64,000 nucleotides of DNA from Yuukianura sp. NJ FZ-2021 (lineage: Eukaryota), in assembly GCA_046563655.1 (NCBI GenBank), contig CM102285.1:11408001-11472000 (forward strand). The letters are read 5' to 3'. A program made the position numbers and the translations under genes. Numbering within the stretch: position 1 is the stretch's first letter; each line of letters starts with the position of its first letter. Positions 13,601 to 25,600 of the stretch are shown here, piece after piece. Under the pieces are notes generated by a model. The model was not told the origin of the DNA. It did not search any database and was given only the letters and a program-made list of their open reading frames with translations.

Positions 13601-16600
13601 CAGATACCAAAAGTACTTGGGTTTACCTTGACCTCTGCGTACTTCCAAGTGAAAAGTCCTACAATCGGAAGCATTAAAATAATGACGATTTGGATGATGA
13701 GGATGGCCGATCTCATGAGCCAGTTTAAGGAGACGACGCAGGGCTTGTCGTCAACGCAGTTATCACAGCCGTAAGGACAGAGAAGACATTCAAAAGCACC
13801 GGGCTCACTGTACCGGGACGGTCGGCCCTGCAAACGAGGTTAACAAATTATTTCATCAGTTGTGTAGATGAATTACTTCAATTTATATGACCAAAAACCT
13901 CGAAAGAAAAATACACCGAACGAAATGTAATTTTGTATTAATCCGAAAACCCGAAATAGAGCGAAAGAGCAGGAAATCTGAACCAGTTGGATATGAAAAG
14001 TTTCTCCGACATTTGCCGCAAGGTACTCTGCGAACCCGTAATTGTTACTTGTGCCTTAGGTTATACAAACGCTACATTATCTCATTTCAAACCATAACAA
14101 AAAGAAAGTACTTTGTTGACAGTTTTGAAAGTGAAAGTCTTACCATGAATTTGTTTTCATATTCTTCTTCCAGAAGAGACCCGTTGAAGTACTTGAGTTG
14201 CGAGGTTACATTTGGGAAATAGAATCCATCCTTACAGACGCAATGGTAACTTCCTCTACGAAAACCCAGGCGCTTTACAGGAACACACTGAAAAATGAAA
14301 TAGGAAACCAGTTACAACACATCCGTTTTAAAGGATTATATTCTCAACACAGACACTTTTTATTTCGAATCAGGCAAATGGGAGAATCACTTTAAAACTG
14401 TCAAGTTAAGCCACAGGTATTTACTTTTACTTTTCAATTTTATCCACTTCTGTTTATCCACAACCAAAACTTTCTAGGCAAAAAGAAACATAAGAATCGG
14501 AGTTTTTAAACATATTCAATTTCAAAAGACTGTGGAGAATTTGATGAAAGCGGTTCCTTTCAAAATTGAATTTTCTCCATTTCCGACTTACGCAATGATA
14601 GAAGTGATGTAATATATACAGAAATTTTTGACATGCGAAAATTACGAAAGATTACGCAAATTTGAAATTTGAAACGTGTCAAGCACAATCCGCAGTGAAA
14701 CTTATTGAATTACTTATTGCTGCTGCCCTGCACACTAAACTCAGTATCCTGCATACTGTACTTTTGTTGCGCACTCAGTTTAGTATGCACAATACTGAGG
14801 TTAGTTTCCTGCAAAGCAATTGTAAAGGCGGGTAATAAATTTCGGAATTTTTGGAATTCACGAAAAAAAAGTTTTCTCTAACTTTCCATTTATTGCTTAA
14901 AATGTTGAGAATTTCTCGTACAGTAAGCAGTGGAAGTCTCGACGGTAATGAATTTCGGAAATGATAATGAATTGGAACTGCCGTACTAAGTCTTCATGTT
15001 TGCTCACAACTAAATTATATCTGGCGGCCAGAAGATAGAAATGAAGTGATCTTTAATTACAGGTAGCCTGGTGTAGACTGATTTCCCTCGGCTGTCTAAA
15101 AATGTAATTAAAACTTTCTCCTACTCTCTTTAAACATTTCTAGCTTCTCCCTAGCTGCGAGTTTTTTCTCTCCTAGAATTTTTCCCACTTTCCAAGTCAG
15201 TAAATTTTGAAAAAAAGTTTTCAATAACTTAGTAAAAGCAAGGTTTGTAAATTATAAAGCAGCTGACTAGTGCAAACAGAATTTCCGAAATGGGAAAAAC
15301 TTTAAAATCGCTGAAGCGTTGTTTTGTCTATTGGTATTCGTTCGTTGTTAACCAAAAAACTTTAGTCGTTCCAGAAGCCTTCATTAGGAGCAAACGCGGC
15401 GCGTAGTTAAACACGAAAAACTTTATCAATCGATTTTATTGTCTCTCGTAGTTCGACTTTAGATTTAAAATTAAAATTAAATTAAAGTTTGAAATTCAAC
15501 TCAGAGCTCGTCTTTATGAAATTCTATAACCTAAATTCCTGTGTTTCTGGCAATTTACAAATTAAAGAAAAAGTGGATTAGTTCGCGCGCTTTTGGATGA
15601 ATTGAATTTCGAAATTAAAATATTTTTGGGAAAGTGAAGAAAAGTCTTTGAGTTTGGGCATTGTAATAAACAAGGAAGAGTGAAATGACAAGGTGAAAGT
15701 GAGTGAGGTAATAAAGTGCCATTCTTCATCAGGATTTTTGTAAGGATCGGTACAAGGTTTAATATGACAGACGACAGATAAGCACTTTCTTCCAAGCTTT
15801 TAGCAGGAGGATGAGAAGATGATGGAAAGGTCAAGCCAGGGTCAACTGAAAAACGTGGTTTGGCTTCCAAACACTTTTTTAAGCTTTCTCCAAACATCAG
15901 CATTCCTTTTGAAAAGCATGCAGGAAGCAGAGCGGAGAATGAAAAAAAGCAATATCATTCCACTCATATTTCATCTCCTGTGAAATTGTTTTAGAAATCG
16001 ACGATAATAGATTTATGAAACTCGTGGGAATTTGGACGCTTGTGTTTGAAATTTAATTTTGCAACTGAATTTATAACATTAATTTAGCACAAAGCAAAAA
16101 AAAGTCTGATTGATAGTAAAAACTTGTGCTACGCACGTCGAAAAAACAAAACACTTTTGTGTTACTCATTTTTTCAAACCTTATTTAAAATATCAATTTT
16201 GAAATCAGATCTACGAAGGTCAAGGGACAAGTTCAAACCGAATTGTTTAAAATTCAAAGGACACACGATTTAGTAGATAAAGTGTGTCGGGAAAGTTTTA
16301 AATTGCAGTTAAAATGTGTAAATGAATCAGAAAGTCATTAGGTGGAAATTACCTCGCATTAGGTCTAATCTCTAGCTTATGCTAACAAGTTTCCCTCTAA
16401 GTTAAATACTCCAACTCCTTAAAAGACGCTTTCTAGAACTCATAACAAATAAGAACATTGTTTTAACCAACATTTCTAAACAACATTTAAGACACTAAAC
16501 TCTAAGATCTCAATTATCCAGACAATGGCCCTTACTTTGATCGTCTTCGTGACAATGGTGGGAGTGGTACTTGGGGACGTATCATGTAAGTATGATCCGT

Positions 16601-19600
16601 CCCTTAAGTCCGTGGGTACTTGGGCCAAGTGCGACTACTCCACTTGTCTCCGCAAGGATGAATCCTATACTAACAACTGCTTGTCCTACTGCATCAGTGA
16701 TCAGAGAGAAGGATACTGGAGTGGTTATTGCTGGTCAAATGGATACTGCTACTGCGAGAAGAATTATCGAGATGAAACTGTTTCTGACACCAAATGTGAC
16801 CCTACGACTGGTTACGTTATGGATCAAAATGGCGGTTACTTGAACTATGGTTGCCAACTCTGGTGTAGTCAAGGCGCCTACAGACCCAACTATGGCCAAT
16901 TTGACACTGGCTACTGCAACATCGAGAACTACTGCGTCTGTCAAGATCGAAGATACCGTGACATGACGGATCTTGAAAAAAGTTCGGGATATTACGCGCT
17001 CTATCCCTTCTACGGACCACTTGTGACACCGTACACCGCTTCCTCCATTGACCAGTACGTCAATGGTCAATATGATCTGAACGGTCAATACATTGACCCA
17101 TACAATACCCAATATGCAGTATGAAATTCAATGCAGAAAATTTTAGTCCATTTCAAATTCAAGTTTTAGAAATTCTTTAAAAAAGTAGATTTTTTTTTGG
17201 CAAAATTATGGCACCAAAAGGATGTTTGTATCAACTGTTAGAGTTGAGTTAGATCGTATTCAATTCCAATAAAATTGAAATTTCAAAAAAGCCTAATTTG
17301 AATTTTGTTACGTTCGTTACATTTTTTTTTGGAATCGAAAATTCAAAAAACTAACTCTTCGAACCACCATTTTCAAAATCTTTTCTCAGAGAATAGAAAA
17401 TAATGCCGAAACTAGTGTATAAGTATTTGCGCAAAATGTTCCAAGTCTCAAGTTTTCTTTGTAACTACGTTGAATTTTGTACTACAACATACTCTTTTCT
17501 GAGATTCTGAAAAGTGAGCTCCACTTGAAACAAGATACCCTGCATATGTATTCTGAAATGTGATACAAATGGTTTAGTACACTCTCTTGTGAAGGATCAG
17601 TGCAAATTGTAAGGTAGGTTTGCTATGATCTTCCTGCAAAAGTAACCATGTCACTCCATTTGAATTCTCTCCTTTCTCCCCTTTCACTTCAAATATTTCC
17701 CTAGCAGTTGAATTGACTTGACATTGAGAGTTCTCACACTCTGCTGCTTAGCTGGACTCAATTTCAGCTTAAAAGGACAACAATCCATAGTCTCTGTCCA
17801 TTCGGCTGGACAGGTGACGTTTCTCGTATGGATTTTCATTACAACCAAGTCAAAAGGCTAACTATTCAGTTCTGCCTTTCATTTCACCCCTCAAAGTAAC
17901 AGTTTCACAAAGAAACTCTAAAAATATGAATTCAATTTCAAAGTAATCAAAATTCTAAGTCTAAGTTACTACCTACGTACCAACTTTAGTTGGATCAGTT
18001 CTGCTGTATTTTAAAAATTTGAACGTTTTTACTTTAAAAAAAATCCTCACGAAATGACAATGAAGTGACCATGTCATTTGTCAATTTCTCAATTTGACAA
18101 GAACAAATTTCAAATAGAGAGAGCACTCTGGAATTTCAATAGCAATCTAAAGTGGATACGGACAGTACTTTTGATTCACTTGATTTTGGAAAATGGGACA
18201 ACTGTTTTACAATTGTTTGGAAAAAATGAAAAATACTTTTTTGCCATCACACATTTAGCAATCGCTGAAAGAGAAAGTGAGTACTATCAGTGAAAGCTGT
18301 CACTTTCCTTATGGACATATTTCTCATGAAGTGCAAAGACTCGCTCCGAAAATGCGAAATATGACAGTTAGTAGAGCAACAATTTTTTTTTCGTTCTGAG
18401 AAAGTGACCATCATGCTCTCACACTTTCACAATGAATGAGAACTGCTTTCATTTTCCATTATAGACACTCACTTACCTTTGTCGTAGCACTTTTGCACTT
18501 GTCAGAAGCAGCAAAAATGTTCAGCTCCGTTGAATTTTCGGGAAGTGGACATTGATCTATGTCAACTCGCCTCAAGTCAATATCAATTCCACTTGTGCCC
18601 CTGTAAAAGTAAAAAGAAGTAGAAAACATTAGCCTTCAGAAACCAGTCATGAAGCCAATATTCCAAAATACGCCTAGATTCTACTAGCAGTAGATGCTTA
18701 GAACTCAATCCAATTCAAATCTATCATCGTCACTTTCTCTTTTGCCTTAAAGGCTGTTGTCCTCCAAATCGATTCAATACTTCAACTTTTTATCTCCCTT
18801 ACGACCCAACACCAAAACCTTTTCTTTATTCCTAGAAAGCTCCAATATTTCACATCTCTGCATGATATTTGATATGCTCTTGGAAAATTTCAAGAACCAA
18901 AACAGAAAGTTGTTTTTTTTCCCTAAACTAACAAAAGCTAACCCAACAAAAAGTCAGGCTAGAGACCAACAGACAGGGTTCGTTTGTTATTGAAAGTCGA
19001 AAGTCCTGGATTCCCTGTCAAAAATAGGCATTTTTCTAAAGCTACGCATTTATATGGTAAACTGTGTAATTCAATCTTCAGAGTCAAATAACCAGAAAAA
19101 CTGGAAACTGGAAAAGTTTGCGAAGTATAAGTGGAAATGTATGTTCGTAGGAAATGACAAAATATTTTGCAGAGCGGAAACCGTCGTCCTCCTGACTCTT
19201 CCTCTTCTGTCAAATTCAATAGGATGCCTTTAAGTAAAGTTTTTTGAAGTCTTCCACTTTTTTTTTGTTAACTTTTTATTTTTGAGAAAAGAGAAACAGA
19301 CAGGAAGATAAAAGAGAAAGTTGGTGAGAGTGGGAACAGACAAGGGTATTTGAACGGGTGCGACTTATTTGCCTTTTCCACTTTATTGTTTGCCTTCGGA
19401 AGACAGAATTTTTGCGCAAGAAGAATAAAAAATACCAAGGAGAAAGTTTTTTTTTTTTTAGAGATGTTCTTCCTTCCTTACTTTTGTTACTGGGAGGAAG
19501 TAAATCGATAGTTTGAAAGTTAATGGAATCTAAATGGTATCTTAAATCCCACTTTTTTCAATCAATCCGTTAGAAGCTTTGTTCCTACCAATTTTCTTGA

Positions 19601-22600
19601 AAAACAGGGGAAAACAGAACATATGGAAAGAAATGGAAATTCATGTAAGGTTAGTTTTCTGGAAAGAAAAACTTTCTCTGAAAAGTCTACTTTGCCAGAA
19701 AGTAAAAAAAAATAGACCGTAATGGAATAGACAGAATAGAAAGTGGGCGGAATGGCATTTGTATTTTAAGTAATTATTATGTTGGTTCAAATTGAGTTTT
19801 CAATTGCGCTCTGTCGGAGCGAAAAAAACGATTTTGAAAAACTTTTTCTGTTGTTACCAAGAAAGTTCTTATTCCGAAAATAGACCATGTAAGTAATTCG
19901 ATTCGAATTTGTAAATGTAAAATGAGCTTTCCAAGACATTTACTTTTATCTTCACAAAGTGGGTTGTTAGCCTTAATTTCCAAGGCTTTGACCTCACAAA
20001 CTCAATTTTATCTTGACCTTTCTATTTCATCTCAGCAAAGGTCAGGCTTTTTTTACACTACTTTTTCACAAACTTGTTAATGTCTAAATTTATCACACTA
20101 CCATTCTGAAATCGGAACTTCATTGAAGCGTCTGTGTCACTTATCCAAAAGCCCTGTTTCCTATTGTGCCACATCGAAGTAATGGAAGTGACAGGAAGAT
20201 TGGTTCTGCTTTTCCTGCTAATTGGAACATTTACACCTAAGGTGTCCAAAGGACAAGCCAATCGTCATCTCCCTGGAGATGTAAGTGTCAGTAGAAGTCA
20301 GCGGGAAGGTTCTGGAAGGAAGGCTGCTCAAGTCCCTCTATTGACAAAGCTCCATCGACACAACTTCGACAAAGTCCTTGGACGAAATCAGTTCTTTGTC
20401 GTAGAATTCTTTGACCCCGACTGTGGAGCCTGTCAAGCCTTTGCCCCTACTTTTGTCAAAATGGCTCAAATCCTCAGAGACTATGGACATACGAAGGACA
20501 TCCGACTGGGCAAACTGAATGCTGTTCAAAATTGGAATTTGGCTCGTACCTACGGCGTCAAATACGTTCCTACTATTATTCTATTTCAAAATGGACAACC
20601 ACTACAAACCTACTCTGGAAAAAGAGAAGCAATGACCATGGCAAGATGGGTTTACGACACTACAATTGCTCGTAGTAGGTACAACCTAGATTACAGAACA
20701 TAAAGCTGAAATTTTGAAATATTATGATTTTACACTTATTACATAAATTGAAAAAAGAAATGAAAATCTTGTATTATTTTAAGGTTTGAATTTTTAAAAA
20801 CTTCATGTTCCAAAATCGAGCTTATAAAAATATTGAATATCTAATGTCGATAAAAACACAAAAAACTATGAACAGGAGAAAACTAAATCTTAAACTTTCA
20901 TTTTTGTGACACTGTCCTTACTGTAGGCGAATTTTTTTTAATAAATTGCCACTAACCAATTTTGAATTACTTACAATACAACGCATGTAAAAATTTCAAA
21001 AACGTTGAAATTTGAGCCTCACCTTGACCTTAACCATACACAACGTCTACCAAGAAATCAATCACTGAAACTGGAGATAAAATAAAACTAATCGTAAGCC
21101 CTTGTTAATTTCAGTTTGATGCTCTTTGAACTCAAAGTGCAAATAATTTGAACAATTAACTTGAAAGAAGTTTCTTGTCGTGTCCTTACAGTAATCCTCT
21201 TTGCGTCTCGCAAAGTTCTTTTCTGTTTAATAAGATTCTTCCCTTCTCTTTGCATCAAACGCATCAAAAACACACAATTTCGAAATTAATCTTTGCACTT
21301 TCTTAACCAAAAAGAGGAGACGCTGATTCTACTTGCAAAATTCCTTTGTAAAAGATGCTCTGTACATTATTATTTTACTTACTCCTTTACAAATCCTGCA
21401 CAAAATTTCAAGTCCAAACGGGATGTTGTCAATTTAAAATTCGAATTAGTATGAAGAAAGAGCTCACTTTGGAACCTAATTTTGGAAGCCTTTTTAGGTG
21501 TTTTTTTTTGCTTCCATTGCCGCACTTATGGAAAAACACTTTCTCCATTATGATCGATAAACAAAATAAAATTGATATAAAATTGAAAATATCTACGTTA
21601 ACGGAGTATGAGGCAACTGGAATTTTTTTCGAACTTGAAAAAAAAAACCCTATTCTATAAAGAAACAAAATGTAACTGCGTAACTTATGTTCGGTTAGCA
21701 TAACATAACCTATCCAACAAAGGAGACTCCAACTCAAAGGAATTTCTTTTCAAGACAAGGCTTTGAACAACTTTTAATTTCCTTGTGGGATTTCAACTTT
21801 GGACTTTCATCCTTTTGAATAAGTAATCTACAAGGACTTCTGTTCTGGATAAATATAAGAGAAAGCACGAAGAAAGTTTAGGTTTTAAGGATATTCCATG
21901 CCGTGCGTTTCTGTCTGGGTTCATGTCCAATTTTTGATATCGAAAAAAGTGAAAGTTCTCTCCTTTTAGTAATATCCTGGGGATTCTCATTCCTAAGGAA
22001 TCCAAGAACTGATTCTAAAAGTCCTTACTATTATTTCCAATACCAAATAACATGTTCTCATCTCTCTCCTTTTCGGGTTTCACCAAGGAAGAAACTTTGT
22101 TAACTTTTCTTTCATCAAAAAATATAATGTCTCTCCAGTACTTTGGGGTCTAATGGGATCTTCTAGTACACATCCGTAACAACGTCCTCCTCCAAATGTG
22201 ATCACATACTCCAATTTTCAAGTTTTTTTTGTACTCTTTTCAGAACAAGTAGAAAGAACAAAACTTTGGACCTAGTTTTCTAGGAAATGAAATTGGCGAG
22301 GCACCACCGCAGGCGGGAAAGTGTGCAATTTCTGTTTTTCACAGAAAAAAATAACTAATTTCGGTATGCAGGGTATCAAAGCTACCGCCTCCTAAGCAAA
22401 TTCATGAAAATCCAGTAACCTACAAGCCAGCAACTTTTGACCAAGCCAGTCTAGTAAAAAAAAATAACTGAACCCAGCTTTTGCCTTTTCCAAATTTAAT
22501 AAAATCAAAATTTGAAAGTTGTAATGCTCAAAAGAGAAAGTGAAATTAGACTTTCACCTAAGGCAAAAATGTAGCATCTCTTTGAAGTGAACCAAATATT

Positions 22601-25600
22601 TGGAATAACCGCGGGCGATTTAGTTAAGAAGCCTTTTCCTAACGAATAGTTATTATCGATTAGTATCGAATAGTTACTCCCTCCAACTTCAATTTTTTTC
22701 GATACTGGATCTCATAAATGAAATTATTGTTTATAACCTAACTTTACACTATCATAACCTCGGCAAAGTCTTTGGTTTGTGTTAATAGAATTCAGAAGTG
22801 GAGTTTCTGACGACTGCATGTTTTCTATAGGCCCAGGTAGTAGGTTTAAGAACCCAAGGTGGGTGTGTTGTATTAATTTAAATGTTGCCTCATTTCCACT
22901 AAAGAGAAAGTCGTTGAGTCAAGATAGACTGAGATAAGTGGCTTTCTCCGTTCTTTTTCTTTGCGAATTGTGAGGGAATGACCAAAGAAAAAGGAATGGA
23001 ACTGACAGAGGGAACCCATATTGTGCTGGGGGTTGCTAAGTATTTACTTTTCATTTGAGTCCTTTGAAAATGCTTTCTCTTTGTAGAAACCAGAAATGAA
23101 TTCTACTGACTTTGAGGAAAGGGATACTTCATAAATAAGTTGATCAAAGAATGAAGTGATAAGATATCCGTGACTTGGCTTAAGAAACAAGTGGAGGGTT
23201 GTACGTAGAAAGAGAAAGCAGTACATCATGATTTCAACAAAGTTTTTGAAATTATCTTTCAAATGGACCCGGATGTATTTCAAATTGTTTCACAGCACGT
23301 AACGTAGAAACAAAATTTCACGTTAACAGTCAACAGCACGCTCTACCTTGCTTCCTTAGTCACTCGCCCTACAAAATTATCACCTTTCCTGTCACCGCAA
23401 GAAGTTTGTGTGCTCAGCAGTTACTATAAAAATTTTCAAAAAGAAAAGTTCCAAAAAAACTTACTTGAAAATGTAGGTGTTGTTTTTGAAGTCAAAAAAA
23501 GGAACTGCGTAAGTCATCATCCAAATGTTGCCTCCTCCGCAGTCAAAGTAGGGTTTACTCCATCTTCCATCTTGATAAGTTACGTTGAGTATTATTTCTT
23601 CCGTCATTTCCGTATGATTGTCATTTATCGTATAAGAATGGAAGCCTAAAAAAGAAAAAAAAATTGAATTATGGAAGTGAAAGTTTATTTTATTTTAATG
23701 TAAATTGAAGCAAATAACTTTAAATTTGAATTCGAGAGCTCACAGCAGTTTTCCATTTAATAGAAACTTTTCAATTATGCATAGTGCTGAACAAGACAAA
23801 CTTCAGTTTTTCTAAAAACAAATAAACCCAAGAACAAAATAAATAGCTCTATACGCTTCCGAATTTAAATTACAAATTGTTTGCCTTGATGGAGAAAGCG
23901 TTCCTGCTAGAAAAAATTAATTTGAAAAATGTATTAAAAATTGAATCTAGGTTAACAACCTAGACTCAAATTTACATTGATTCGGCATAGGTAACCTACA
24001 CGTAAATCTTATTTGTAACCAAAAATAGAACCCTGTAACCAATATCAGATGGTTAACGATGGGAAGGGTTACAGGTGAAAGGTAACCGATGAATATGGTT
24101 CAATATTTGCGCACTTTTTACACATTTCCTTGACTCATAGTCAGTCCCAGTCCCATTATACCTCTACATTATTAATGTTCAACTGCTTTTCCGTTGTTTC
24201 ACCCCCGCAGGAAGAAAGCAAAGAGAAGGAAGAAAGTTGGATCATTTTGTGCCAACTTTGGTCGCTTAGGGGTCGATAGGAACTCTCTGGAGTCCAGCAG
24301 ACTGGAAGGAAATAATACATAGAAGAAAGTAGTTTTCACACGAGGAGAGAAGCAGCAGGATATCATAACGAGATTTGGCGGTATGACTGACAGCACGCCT
24401 TTTCTAAATCTAAAGAAAGGAAGTGGAACTTATTTTGGAGGGAAAAGCAGCATTTGCGGAACCTGTGAAGGAAACAAGGACTGCTCTGGAAACCTTTTCT
24501 GCTCCTACGGAGATTCCTTTGAAGTGATCCCAAGCGTGTAAATAAAGTAGAGAGGAAGAAAAGCTTTATTCCTTAGACACAAATTCTTTTGTTAAGAGGG
24601 CCAAGGGCCCCCTAAGACCCTAGCAAGAGGTGAGAGCCCTTACTTCCTTTACTACATAATAATTACGACTAATAGGCTAGGAGGAAACGGCTTCAACGCA
24701 TCCGTGGATCCTCCATTCACGTTACTCTTGCTAAAGCAATAGAGACAGCGTTGGTGCTGTTTTTATTTTGAACCCCACTTTCACCATTAGTATTCCTTTT
24801 CAGAAAATAAGTGGGAAGGAAAGACAAGAACATGGACAAACAACTTCAAAACTTTATGAATATTATAATAGAACAATTAAATAAACTATATCAACTCTAA
24901 GCTAAAGTCAACCAAAGAAAGAGAAAGTTCCAAAAGGAAACGGGGTAATTAGTTTTACACAGAATTAGACCTCTTAAGTTGTTTTGAACAAAAGCAAGTG
25001 ACCTTTGACCTCTGATCAATTTTTCTTCAAAATTAAACCAAAAATTCCAAATATTTTACCAATTATGAAACTTAAAAGATTGTAATGAAGACGAAGGAAC
25101 AACTCCGGGATCGGTTTTACTCGGGCCGAATATTAAGAAAATAAGTCGCTGGCGTTAAGTCGAAACGACAAAAGTGAAAGTGCGCGGAAGAAAGTCTAAG
25201 ACAAAAAATGTTCAAATGGTTCACAAAATTTTAGTAACTATAAAAATTTCTTCAAAGATTTCTGGAAACTCTGAAGCCTATAAACAAAAGGAAACGCAGT
25301 AAAACTGAATGATGTTACTAACTTTTTTTGATGCTGAAACCGAAAAGTTATGAAAAAGAGGACACTTTGGAACATGAAAAAATAAAAACTGAAGTGTGGG
25401 AAACAGAACTTCATATAGCTGTTTTGTTTACTGCTCGATAACCTTCCTGGAAACAAGACTCAGTGGATAATACCCACCCACTGAGAAATGTATGAGGATG
25501 AGGAATATAAATCCCTGAGTAAATAAAATGCGGAATTTCAAAATTACAAAAACCATGGGGGGAGATCAGTGTCCTAGCGGTGGATAATGAAAATCTCTCT

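Noticed and set aside
16735..17112. 125-aa antisense ORF and other alternate-frame ORFs over the Cys-rich gene
   Set aside because: Shadow ORFs of a GC-richer coding region with no recognisable motifs.
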